From: Candidatus Bathyarchaeota archaeon
GTDB taxonomy: Archaea > Thermoproteota > Bathyarchaeia > TCS64
Assembly (NCBI GenBank): GCA_041304265.1
Contig: JBFYNQ010000113.1
Span: forward strand, 1 to 33,170
Direction of reading: 5' to 3'
DNA length: 33,170 bases
The notes under the pieces were generated by a model, which was given only the letters and a program-made list of their open reading frames with translations, was not told the DNA's origin and ran no database searches. Positions within the stretch are counted from its first letter, which is position 1; each line of letters starts with the position of its first letter. A program made the position numbers and the translations under genes. Of the stretch, positions 14,882-24,049 are shown piece by piece.

Positions 14882-15841
14882 ATGGAACCGTTGATACACA
14901 AACCCGGGGCGCACCGGGAGTGGAACGAAAGTTACTACCTCTGCTTCAGCGACAGGTTGAATAGTATAAGTGGAATGACTCGCCTCGGATTCAAACCAAA
15001 CAAGCAAGAGGCGACGACATTCTTTCTCCTATTCCTCCCGGATGGATCCGTCGCTGGTTTCCAAGCCACGGAGAAGATGAGTGGAACCAGAGATCACCTC
15101 AGAGTTGCGGGAATGACACATGAAAGGCACCCCGACGGCTCGTGGCACTACACATTCCAAGGCATGATGGCCGTCGTAAAGAATCCCGCGGACTTTCCAA
15201 AGATCAGGGAGAAACCAACCCTTATCACCGCGATGCTCCCCATCGCGATGCGCCTAGCGTTTCACCCAATCCAGCCCACATACGAATATAGCGAGAACAT
15301 GACCCCAGAGTCACTGGAGATCGGTAAGAAAAGTGGCGACGAACACTGGGAGCAGATGGCGAAGATAGACGGAGAGCTCAAGGTAGGGGACAGTGTGTAT
15401 GCCCTTCGCAACGTCCTCGGGGAGCGCGACCACACACACGGTGTCCGCGACTGGACGGGAATAGGCAACTGGATCTACTACGTGGTCTGGTTCAACGAGC
15501 ACCTCGCCATAAACCCGGCGGCCATCGTCCTCGACGATGGACGAATCAGCGTCGGCGGCTACATATGGAAAGAAGGCGAGAATACTCCACTTGTCGGGTT
15601 CAGGATATTAGACCAACAGTTCATTGACAGCGTAGTTCCAGTGAGCTCGGTTCTTGAACTGACAGATAAGAAGGGAGTTATACACGTCCTAAGGGGGAGG
15701 GCAGGCCCCGTCGTGCCTTTACCATTCGTTGATGAGAAGGGCGGGATCTCCGTCCTTGCGCAGAGCTTCGGCGAGTATGAACTCGACGGCGTCAAAGGGG
15801 GTTACGGTACATACGAGACACTAAGGGTCGCAAGGTCTTAG
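14882..15841 (+). CDS. uncharacterised protein (motifs WNESYY and GERDHTHGVRDW), coupled to the phosphotransferase
   Basis: ATG at 14882 is 4 nt after the upstream stop. The TTG at 14870 would overlap that stop. The sequence has no hydrophobic helices. The motifs recall an uncharacterised DUF family (RDHSWG-type), from memory only. Confidence 0.6.
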   Translation: MEPLIHKPGAHREWNESYYLCFSDRLNSISGMTRLGFKPNKQEATTFFLLFLPDGSVAGFQATEKMSGTRDHLRVAGMTHERHPDGSWHYTFQGMMAVVKNPADFPKIREKPTLITAMLPIAMRLAFHPIQPTYEYSENMTPESLEIGKKSGDEHWEQMAKIDGELKVGDSVYALRNVLGERDHTHGVRDWTGIGNWIYYVVWFNEHLAINPAAIVLDDGRISVGGYIWKEGENTPLVGFRILDQQFIDSVVPVSSVLELTDKKGVIHVLRGRAGPVVPLPFVDEKGGISVLAQSFGEYELDGVKGGYGTYETLRVARS

Positions 15842-17271
15842 GTTTGTGTGTAGTATCTCATGAGTAGACGCGTGACGTCTATTCCCGAGATGATTCCGGT
15901 GAGGTGCCCCTCTGCGTCGACGACGAAGCAATGGTCTTCCTTCTTCTCCACCATCTCGCCGATTACGCCCATAATAAGGGTCCCCTCACCATAGACTAGG
16001 GGATTCCGCAGCTCCGCCGTATTCAATGGCTTATCTAGGGCAGTCTTTGAGAGGAAGGCGAGGCTCTCAAGGGTCACATAGCCCACCATCCTCCCCTCGG
16101 AGTCCACGACTGGGAGGAGCCTAAAGCTCGTCTGCCCGAAGGCGTCCATCGCCTCTCTGACGGTTATATCAGCGTGAAGGTGAATGGGGTTCGGCGTCGC
16201 CACCGACTTCGCCGTGATCTTCTCAAGCTCCTTCGGCCGGCTCCTCATAACCTTGTAGTAGAAGCGCTCAAGGGCGAGTTCCTCCTCACCCACCCTGTTC
16301 GCAGGTTGGATAGGGTAGAAAGGCACGGCGCCGGAGACGAAGAAGCAGACGACCGTCGCGAGTATGATGGGGATGAGGTTCGGTGCACCGTAGACCTCGG
16401 CTATGAACACTATCGGAGTCAGCATCATCTTATGCACTCCAGCGCTAAAGGAAGCCATACCCATGAGGACGAAGAGGGGAGTCAGCGACGGCATCAGTAG
16501 GGAACCTATAAGCGCTCCCCAAGTCCCACCGAGGAGCAACGTGGGTAGGAAAAGCCCCCCGGTGCCACCAAAGTTCATCGTGACACTAGTCGACAATATT
16601 CGCAGCAAGAACACAGCGGCGAGGACAATACTGACGCCCCCGCCGAGCAGGGTGAACATCTGGTAACCAGGGCCCACCGCCTGCGGAGAGAGGTAACCAA
16701 TGCCCCCGAGTGCAAAGCCTCCGAGAAGCAGCATCAACGGGTAGCCGCCTCTGACGATTAGCTGCTTCGCTAGCCTCTCGCAAGCCGAATAAACACCGGT
16801 GAAGGCTATGACTACGGCACCCGTCCCCAATCCGAAGACCATCGAGACGGGAAGCCAGTATAGGGGTAGCGCCGCCACCTCAAGTTCGACCGCGGGGATG
16901 AGGCTTTGGGCGCCGAGGCCTGCGGAGACTAGGTACGCTGTCGAGCTGGCGATAGCTGCTTCGATGAAGGACTCCTTCTCGAGGTCCCTTCTGTAGGGGA
17001 GCTCGAGGGCGAAGAGGAGCCCAGTGAGGGGCGTTTTGAAGCTCGCTGAGAACCCGGCGGCGACGCCGATCATCAATGCCTTGCTCGCCTCCATTCTCAA
17101 CTTGAGCACCTTGTTCAGCCAGTTGGAGAAGCCACCCGAGATGACTGTGGACGGCCCCTCGGGACCCGCGGAGCCACCGAATATCGCTGTGGCGAGGCCT
17201 GACGCCGTCTTTACGAGCGCCTCACGAGGCATCATGCCACTCGGCGTCAAGTGGAAGACCTCGAGTATCAT
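15838..17271 (-). CDS. ClC-type chloride channel with C-terminal CBS pair (5-prime end probably extends to about 17509, see findings)
   Basis: ClC selectivity motifs GSAGPEGP and GGTGGLFLPT. Tandem CBS region at the C-terminus. The same frame stays open upstream to 17508 and encodes further transmembrane helices but has no canonical start codon. Confidence 0.8.
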   Translation of the reverse strand: MILEVFHLTPSGMMPREALVKTASGLATAIFGGSAGPEGPSTVISGGFSNWLNKVLKLRMEASKALMIGVAAGFSASFKTPLTGLLFALELPYRRDLEKESFIEAAIASSTAYLVSAGLGAQSLIPAVELEVAALPLYWLPVSMVFGLGTGAVVIAFTGVYSACERLAKQLIVRGGYPLMLLLGGFALGGIGYLSPQAVGPGYQMFTLLGGGVSIVLAAVFLLRILSTSVTMNFGGTGGLFLPTLLLGGTWGALIGSLLMPSLTPLFVLMGMASFSAGVHKMMLTPIVFIAEVYGAPNLIPIILATVVCFFVSGAVPFYPIQPANRVGEEELALERFYYKVMRSRPKELEKITAKSVATPNPIHLHADITVREAMDAFGQTSFRLLPVVDSEGRMVGYVTLESLAFLSKTALDKPLNTAELRNPLVYGEGTLIMGVIGEMVEKKEDHCFVVDAEGHLTGIISGIDVTRLLMRYYTQT

Positions 17272-17585
17272 GTGGAAACTGCTCTTAGGCGTCCTATACC
17301 AGGCGAGGAGATGGATTAGGAAGTAGCTCAGAACTAGCCCCGTGAAGGGGAAGACGAAGAAGAGGGTCGGGTTCTTTAAAGCGTCCCTGTAAAAGATCTC
17401 CCAGCTATAGTAGACTAGGTCGTTGATGGCAGAGGCTGCGATCCCCGCGACGACGCCAGTTGCGATGGGGAGGAGCCACCATGAAAAGTTCGCGCGACGC
17501 GTAGCCCATCAACCCTTATTAATCCTGTGAGATTAACGCAGGTATCTGAGTAGGGGCAAATTAAAACTTGGCGGAGAAGTTCTCA

Positions 17586-18848
17586 ATGCCGCGCTGGCTC
17601 TACGCCATCATTCCCTTCTACGCGATACAGAGCTGCATCGGCACATACGTCACGCTCCGCATCCTCGACCTAGGGGGCAGCGTGATAAGCATCGGCCTCG
17701 CCTCATCCGCTTACAACATCGTCTTAATCCCCTCCGCCTTCATTGGGGGTAGGCTCGCGGACTACCTCGGGAAGCGCAGGCCGCTCCTCGCTCTGAGCGC
17801 CATAGGGCAGCTTCTAACACTGAGCCTCATCGCCATGAGCACCGACGTCAACCTCATGATCGGCTTTTACGCGGTCTATAGCTTCTTCAGCAGCTTGAGC
17901 CCAACGGTCTTCAGCTTACTGCTGATGGATACGGTGGCGAAGGAGAACCTTGGGGAGGGGAGCGCCCTGAGCTTCAAGCACATGATCTACGGGAGCCTCG
18001 CTGGGAACGCCCTCGGGTTCATCGTGCTCACATCTCTGCCTCTGACCGCTGTGGCATTGCTCCCGATAGCCTTCAGCTCGATCCTGCTCGTACTATCACT
18101 GATCCTGGTGAAGGACGCTAAGGCAACGACGGAGAGGCAGGCGATCGCCTTCAACGCGGATGCCCTCATAGCGCGTCTCACCCACCTCCCAGTGCTGCTC
18201 CTCAAGACCCCGAAGGTGGAGGACGTCAAGGGACTCGTAAGCGATGCCCGCAGCGCGATGACGAGGGACATACCCCTCATCATGGTGACGAACGCCCTCT
18301 TTTTCCTCGGAGCCAACCTCTTCTTCACAAGCTACACCCCCTTCCTCAAGGCGAATAGCCTCACCTACCTCGAGATCACCGGTTTGAACATCTTCATCAC
18401 ATGTATAAACGGCCTCGCGAGCACGAAGAGGTTCAGTGGCTTCAGCAAGAAGGGAGACCCCGGGATGGTCGTTGAGTTCATGTCGCTGCGTGCCATCGCG
18501 TTCCTCTTCGCGGCGATAGAGAGCCTCTACTTCTTCGGTCACGACGTCCTCTACGTGACGCTCCTACTCTATCTCCTCATCGGGATGGCGTACACGAACA
18601 TCACAATCGGGATGAACGCGCTCCTCTACAGGTTCCTGCCGAAGGAGGGACAGGGCGGGACGCTCGGCATCTACAGTGCCATAGGGAGTGTCGCCATGTT
18701 TCTCGGCAGCTTCCTCAGCGGTAACATCAGCTTCTTCTTCGGTTACTCCGTGACGTTCCTCCTCAGCAGTATGGCACTATTCGGAGCCGCGAGCCTCTTC
18801 GAGTGGCACTTCAAGCCCCTTCGCACGGTGGATGAGGAGCCGATCTAG
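17586..18848 (+). CDS. MFS transporter
   Basis: About 12 hydrophobic segments. GGRLADYLGKRRP loop motif. ATG at 17586 lies about 26 nt downstream of an AAATTAAAA box. The ORF track begins at TTG 17568. Confidence 0.8.
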   Translation: MPRWLYAIIPFYAIQSCIGTYVTLRILDLGGSVISIGLASSAYNIVLIPSAFIGGRLADYLGKRRPLLALSAIGQLLTLSLIAMSTDVNLMIGFYAVYSFFSSLSPTVFSLLLMDTVAKENLGEGSALSFKHMIYGSLAGNALGFIVLTSLPLTAVALLPIAFSSILLVLSLILVKDAKATTERQAIAFNADALIARLTHLPVLLLKTPKVEDVKGLVSDARSAMTRDIPLIMVTNALFFLGANLFFTSYTPFLKANSLTYLEITGLNIFITCINGLASTKRFSGFSKKGDPGMVVEFMSLRAIAFLFAAIESLYFFGHDVLYVTLLLYLLIGMAYTNITIGMNALLYRFLPKEGQGGTLGIYSAIGSVAMFLGSFLSGNISFFFGYSVTFLLSSMALFGAASLFEWHFKPLRTVDEEPI

Positions 18849-18878
18849 TCTTCGAGAACCTCTTTCCCGCATCTTATT

Positions 18879-19586
18879 TTATAATGCGCTCAGCTTCAGG
18901 GTTAGTTCCGCCAAGACGCCGGATGGTCCGATTAGGCATATATAACCCGACGCTTCTACGGCCTTGACGAGTTCTCTGAATCGAAGCGCCTGTGGGACGT
19001 TCGACTTGTCGGAGTCGAACCAGAGGTCGATCTTCGACTCCCCGCCATCGGCCGCTGTAAGGCGGAAGATGAAGGGGTAGTTCCTGTGCTCGCTCGAGAG
19101 GAGGAGGCGGCCACCGTCTGCATCGATAAGGCGCATGAGTGCACCTTCGAACGAGGTAACACCGCACACGAGATCGACTGGGACGACCTTTCGGCTAGGC
19201 TTCAGCGCGGGGGCGTCGGTCTCCTCGTCCTCCAGTCCCTCGGCGGCGAACAGGTTGAGCCCGTCGCAGAAGATCGTGTGAGCGTCCAGTGTGAGACGGG
19301 AGCTCCACATGCCTCTGGGCCAGTTGGAGACTATGCAGGCGAGGCGCTTCACAGTTTCGAATCTGCCGCCCCCGGGCTCATCGTTAGTGAAGTTTCGGAG
19401 GAGTTGGATCATCCGGTCTGTGAGGTCATCGAGGACATGGCTCATGCTATCCAGGCTTTCTGCATAGTATCCCCTGACGCCTCCCGGGAGCGACGGAGGC
19501 ATCTCGACATCCCTGCTGATGACGCAGATGTGCATCCACGACTTGGGTTCGGTGGATGAGCCAGCCCAATGCATGGCGGAACCCAT
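18879..19586 (-). CDS. hypothetical protein
   Basis: 235-aa ORF with no recognised motifs. The same frame is stop-free for a further 88 codons upstream (to 19850) but without ATG/GTG/TTG. Confidence 0.45.
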   Translation of the reverse strand: MGSAMHWAGSSTEPKSWMHICVISRDVEMPPSLPGGVRGYYAESLDSMSHVLDDLTDRMIQLLRNFTNDEPGGGRFETVKRLACIVSNWPRGMWSSRLTLDAHTIFCDGLNLFAAEGLEDEETDAPALKPSRKVVPVDLVCGVTSFEGALMRLIDADGGRLLLSSEHRNYPFIFRLTAADGGESKIDLWFDSDKSNVPQALRFRELVKAVEASGYICLIGPSGVLAELTLKLSAL

Positions 19587-19782
19587 TAGCCCCGCGGAGT
19601 CCTCTACGACGGCGAAGGTAAAGACCGGCTTCTGACCGGGGTTCAGTATCCACGCCGCATCGGCTACGGCTCCATCCTCGGGGCTGATATAGCCTGCCTC
19701 GGAATGAAAACCGAGTCTGACGCCCTCATCGATGAGCCACGTGACAATTCTAGCCTTGTCGTTGGGGGCGTCCGTCGTCGAT

Positions 19783-20610
19783 TCACCTGTACCCTGCGGC
19801 GAGGTGCGTCCACTCGTCGGATGTGAGGCGCCAGCCGAAGGCGCCGAGGAACTCCATCAGGTGGACGGGGTTCGTCGACTTGGGTATAGTAAAGACGCTC
19901 TCCTGTGCAATGAGCCAGTTGAGGGCGACCTGGACACGAGTCTTGCCGTGCGCTTTCGCGATCTCATCCATCACCGGGTTGGGGGTCTGAAGGATCGCGC
20001 CTCGCTCCAAGGGGCGGTAAGCAACGAGGCTAACATCCATCTTCCTGCAGGCGGGTAGTAACTCCATACGTGGCTTCTGGTCGAGGAGGCTGTACTGCAC
20101 CTGGTTCGCGATCAGGCGTGTGCCTTCGAGGTAACCCTGCGCCTCCTTCATGAGTTGTGCGCTGAAGTTGCTCACGCCTATGAATCGGGTGTATCCCTCA
20201 CGGACACACTCCTCCATGGCTGCCATCGTCTCTTTGAGCGGTACATCGGGGTTAGGCCAGTGGACGAGGTAGAGGTCGACCTGGTCGACGCCGAGGCGCT
20301 TGAGGCTCGCCTTCATGGAGTTGAGGAGGTCGTCCCTGTGGAGGTGATTGTGCCAGACCTTGCTGGTGATGAAGAGCGTCTTCCTATCCATGCCCTCGAT
20401 TGCCTCTCCGATGAGCTCCTCGGCGTGACCCGCGCCGTAGTACTCGGCGGTGTCGAGGTGGGTGAGGCCGAGCTCGACCGCCATCCGTATCGCTGTGACG
20501 GTCTCCGAATCGCGTGCCTTGCTGGGTGTCTCCTTGCCCCCCATGCCCCAGGTGCCGAGGCCGAGCATAGGTATACTTACTCCCTTCGTTATCTCCCTAT
20601 ACTCAATCAA
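19783..20610 (-). CDS. aldo/keto reductase
   Basis: N-terminus IPMLGLGTWGMGG, then DTAEYYG, SKVWHNH, and LVHWPNP: the typical AKR catalytic-tetrad context. Confidence 0.9.
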   Translation of the reverse strand: MIEYREITKGVSIPMLGLGTWGMGGKETPSKARDSETVTAIRMAVELGLTHLDTAEYYGAGHAEELIGEAIEGMDRKTLFITSKVWHNHLHRDDLLNSMKASLKRLGVDQVDLYLVHWPNPDVPLKETMAAMEECVREGYTRFIGVSNFSAQLMKEAQGYLEGTRLIANQVQYSLLDQKPRMELLPACRKMDVSLVAYRPLERGAILQTPNPVMDEIAKAHGKTRVQVALNWLIAQESVFTIPKSTNPVHLMEFLGAFGWRLTSDEWTHLAAGYR

Positions 20611-20629
20611 GGTCGGCTCCCCCAGCTGC

Positions 20630-21931
20630 TTAGGAGACGAGCTTCTTCATGAAGCCCTCATAGTCGGCAGGGGGTATCGTGGGCTTGAAGCTCTTTATTA
20701 TCTCCTTGGCGAGCTTCGCCTTGTCGTAGAGGAGGTCAACGCAGGTGAGGGCCATAACCTTTGCGGGTAGAACGTAGGCGACCTGCTTGTCGACTATCTT
20801 GAAGTGGCGGCTGTGGCCGGCGCCGGTGCACCCGCCCATGCCGATGCTTGTTGTGGGCATTATGCAACTGTAGTCGCCGAGGTCGGTCGAGCCGGTGCTG
20901 TGGCCCTTGACCTTGACCTTCTTCTCGCCGACGAGGGCGTCCGCGTTCGCCTTGAGGACGGCGTCGAGTGCCGCGTCCTTGATGTAAGGCATGTAGCCGG
21001 GGTGGTCGTCTATCTCGACCTCTGCGCCTACCGCCATGGCACCGGCGCGCAGGGCGCGGTTTACCTTGACGTTTGCGTCCTTGATCGCCTCAACGGTCTT
21101 GCCCCTTACGTAGCTCTCCATCCTGACATCAGCTGGGACGTTGTTCACGATCTCGCCGCCCTTCGTGATTATTGGGTGAACGCGTATGCTGTCCTCGTCC
21201 TTGAAGGTCTCGCGCTGGGCGTGGATCGCCATGAGGCCGAGCATCGCCGCGTTAAGGGCGTTGATGCCCTTGTGAGGCGATCCGCCGGCGTGTGCCTCCT
21301 GCCCTATGTAGTGGACCATCTTGCCCACGAAGCCGTTGTTGCTGCCGCCGACGCTGAGGACCTCCTCCTTGATCTCGCTGTCGGTGTGGCTGCCGATGCT
21401 GATGTCGATGTCCTTCATGTAGCCGAGGCGGATGAACTCCTGCTTACCCCCGAAGAACTCTAGCTGCTTCTTCTCCCTGAGGTTGTTTCGGTAGTCGATC
21501 TCCAGGTATTCCTCAGCGGGGACTGTTAGGAGGGCGACGTTGCCCTCGAGCTCGCCCATTACATCGTTTAGGCCGAAGCCGGCGCCTAGCATAGCCGCCA
21601 TCTGTGCGTTATGTCCGCAGCTGTGGGCTGCGCCAGTGATGGGGTCGCAATCGGGGTGGTCGGGGACGCGGATTGCGTCTAGCTCACCGACGATGCCGAC
21701 GACGGGGCCCTTGCCCTTCTTCTTGAGGTACGCCTTGGAGCCGGTGATACCGATCTTGGACTCGTAAGCCCAGCTCATCTCCTTGTACTTCTTCTCGGTG
21801 AGTTCGGCGGTCTTCCACTCCTTGAAGCCGAGCTCGGGCTTCTTCCAGATCGCCTCACCTATGCTGATGATCTCGTCAGCACGGGCATCTATCGCCTCTA
21901 ATACCCTCTTCTTGATAGCGTCTTTAGACAT
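20630..21931 (-). CDS. M20-family amidohydrolase / metallopeptidase
   Basis: HSCGHNAQMAAMLGAG metal-binding motif. Length and layout fit M20D/AbgB-like enzymes. I chose the ATG at 21931. The GTG at 21979 is the longest-ORF alternative. Confidence 0.8.
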   Translation of the reverse strand: MSKDAIKKRVLEAIDARADEIISIGEAIWKKPELGFKEWKTAELTEKKYKEMSWAYESKIGITGSKAYLKKKGKGPVVGIVGELDAIRVPDHPDCDPITGAAHSCGHNAQMAAMLGAGFGLNDVMGELEGNVALLTVPAEEYLEIDYRNNLREKKQLEFFGGKQEFIRLGYMKDIDISIGSHTDSEIKEEVLSVGGSNNGFVGKMVHYIGQEAHAGGSPHKGINALNAAMLGLMAIHAQRETFKDEDSIRVHPIITKGGEIVNNVPADVRMESYVRGKTVEAIKDANVKVNRALRAGAMAVGAEVEIDDHPGYMPYIKDAALDAVLKANADALVGEKKVKVKGHSTGSTDLGDYSCIMPTTSIGMGGCTGAGHSRHFKIVDKQVAYVLPAKVMALTCVDLLYDKAKLAKEIIKSFKPTIPPADYEGFMKKLVS

Positions 21932-22034
21932 AGCTGATAGAGGGTGCTGATCGGGATTTAACGTTGATTCGCGGTTCACCCAGAATAATTATCTAGTCGC
22001 CGGGGAATAGTCTCCCCCAACCAAGGTGTAATCA

Positions 22035-23177
22035 TTGAAGCTCCTAGAGTACGAGGCCAAGGAGGTCTTCAGGCGCTACGGCGTCCCCCTCGGCGCGAGC
22101 GTGGTGGCGTCGACTGCCGAGGAGGCCAGAGAAGCCTTCGCGAAGATCAACAAGCCCATCGTCGTCAAGGCGCAGGTCGGCGTCGGAGGCAGGGGCAAGG
22201 CGGGAGGCATTCAACCCGCGGACACCCCCGAGCAGGCCTACGAGATCGCCAAGAAGATACTCGCCATGAGGATCAAGAACCTGCCCATACGCAAAGTCCT
22301 CGTCGAGGAGAGGTTACCCATACAGCACGAGGTCTACCTCGGCGTCATAGTCGACAGGGCGGCCCGCTGCTACACCATACTCGCCTCGAGCGAGGGCGGC
22401 GTCAATATAGAGGAGATCGCCGCCAAGACGCCGGAGAAGATAGTCAAGCAAGCCATCGACCCCCTCAGGGGCTTTAAGAGCTATCACGCCAACGCAATGG
22501 CGAAGCGCCTCGGCTATAGCGGGAAGAAGATGCAGCAACTCGGCGACATCCTTCAGAGACTCTACAAAGTGGCGTACGAGATGGACGCCGAGTTAACCGA
22601 GATCAACCCCCTCGTCGAGACCGCCGACGGCTTCATCGCCGCCGACGCGCGCCTCAACGTCGATAACAACGCCCTCTACAGGCACAAGGAGCTAGAGGCC
22701 AAGTATCTGGAGAGTTTTGAGGGTGAGTTGACGCCCCGCGAGATGGAGGCGCGAGCAATGGATCTGACTTACGTCGAGCTGAATGGGGACATAGGAATCA
22801 TAGGCAACGGTGCCGGCCTCACCATGGCTACCCTCGACACCGTTATGCTCTACGGTGGCCACGCTGGCAACTTTCTCGACCTCGGCGGAGGTGCTAGTCC
22901 TGAGCGCATCGGCAAGGCCGTCGAGTTCGTCCTCAAAGACAGCCGCGTCAAGGCGCTCTTCGTCAACGTCCTCGGAGGCATCACCCGCTGCGACGACACA
23001 GCGAAGGGCATCATAGACGCCCGCAGGAAGCTCAACGACAAGAAGCCCATAATCGTCAGGATGATGGGCACGAACGAGGAGGAGGGAAAGAGGCTCCTCC
23101 ACGGCGCGGGCATAGAGACGGATGACACGATGGAGGAGGCGGCGCAGAAGGCCGTCAACCTCGCAAAGGTGGCATAA
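22035..23177 (+). CDS. sucC: succinyl-CoA synthetase (ADP-forming) beta subunit
   Basis: MKLLEYEAKEVFRRYGVP...VVKAQVGVGGRGKAGGI closely matches the SucC N-terminus. TTG start preceded by AGGTG. Confidence 0.9.
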   Translation: MKLLEYEAKEVFRRYGVPLGASVVASTAEEAREAFAKINKPIVVKAQVGVGGRGKAGGIQPADTPEQAYEIAKKILAMRIKNLPIRKVLVEERLPIQHEVYLGVIVDRAARCYTILASSEGGVNIEEIAAKTPEKIVKQAIDPLRGFKSYHANAMAKRLGYSGKKMQQLGDILQRLYKVAYEMDAELTEINPLVETADGFIAADARLNVDNNALYRHKELEAKYLESFEGELTPREMEARAMDLTYVELNGDIGIIGNGAGLTMATLDTVMLYGGHAGNFLDLGGGASPERIGKAVEFVLKDSRVKALFVNVLGGITRCDDTAKGIIDARRKLNDKKPIIVRMMGTNEEEGKRLLHGAGIETDDTMEEAAQKAVNLAKVA

Positions 23178-23179
23178 AC

Positions 23180-24049
23180 ATGAAGCTCATCAACAAGGAC
23201 ACAAAAGTCGTTGTGCAGGGCATCACCGGTACGCAAGGCAAGTTCCACGCCGCCCGCATGAGGGAGTACGGTACAAAGGTAGTAGCCGGAGTCACCCCAG
23301 GCCGCGGCGGACAGGAGGTCGACGGTACACCCGTCTACGACACCGTCTCCGAAGCCAAGGATAGACATGGCTGCGACGCATCCATAATCTTCGTTCCTGC
23401 AGGGGGCGCACTAGACGCCGCTTTGGAGGCGATGGAAACGGGTATGGATCCCGTCGTCGTCATCACCGAGGGCATACCCGTCAGGGACACGATCGAGCTT
23501 GTCGCCCGCGCTAAGCAGACAGGCACCACCATAGTCGGCCCTAACACACCCGGACTCATCAAGGCAGGCGAGTCCAAGATGGGCATCATGCCCAACCAGG
23601 TTTTCAAGCGCGGCTCCGTCGGCATCATCAGCCGTAGCGGTACTCTCTTCTACGAGATTGCCGCCCACGTCACGAACCGTGGACTCGGCGAGTCCACATG
23701 TATCGGCCTTGGGGGAGACCCCGTGGTCGGCCTCGACTACATCGAGCTCCTCAAGTGGTTCCAGAGTGACCACGAGACGAAAGCCGTCGCCCTCATAGGC
23801 GAGATCGGTGGAGACGCCGAGGAGAAGGCGGCTGACTTCATCGCGTCGGGGGGCTTCACGAAGCCCGTCGCCGCCTATATCGCGGGGCGCGCCGCGATAC
23901 CGGGGAAGAGAATGGGCCACGCCGGCGCCATCATACAGGGCTCAGCCGGGACAGCCGACAGCAAGATGAACGCCCTCCGCGGTGCGGGCGCATTCATCGG
24001 CGAGCAGCCCATGGATGTCGCCAAAGCTTTGAAGAAGGCGCTAGGCTAG
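23180..24049 (+). CDS. sucD: succinyl-CoA synthetase alpha subunit
   Basis: VVQGITGTQGKFH, SRSGTLFYE, GIGGDP, and the catalytic-His motif MGHAGAII. Starts 2 nt after the sucC stop. Confidence 0.92.
   Translation: MKLINKDTKVVVQGITGTQGKFHAARMREYGTKVVAGVTPGRGGQEVDGTPVYDTVSEAKDRHGCDASIIFVPAGGALDAALEAMETGMDPVVVITEGIPVRDTIELVARAKQTGTTIVGPNTPGLIKAGESKMGIMPNQVFKRGSVGIISRSGTLFYEIAAHVTNRGLGESTCIGLGGDPVVGLDYIELLKWFQSDHETKAVALIGEIGGDAEEKAADFIASGGFTKPVAAYIAGRAAIPGKRMGHAGAIIQGSAGTADSKMNALRGAGAFIGEQPMDVAKALKKALG

Noticed and set aside
20804-21463. 219-aa plus-strand ORF
   Set aside because: It is antisense to the M20 amidohydrolase gene. The composition is Ala/Val/Asp-rich and low-complexity.
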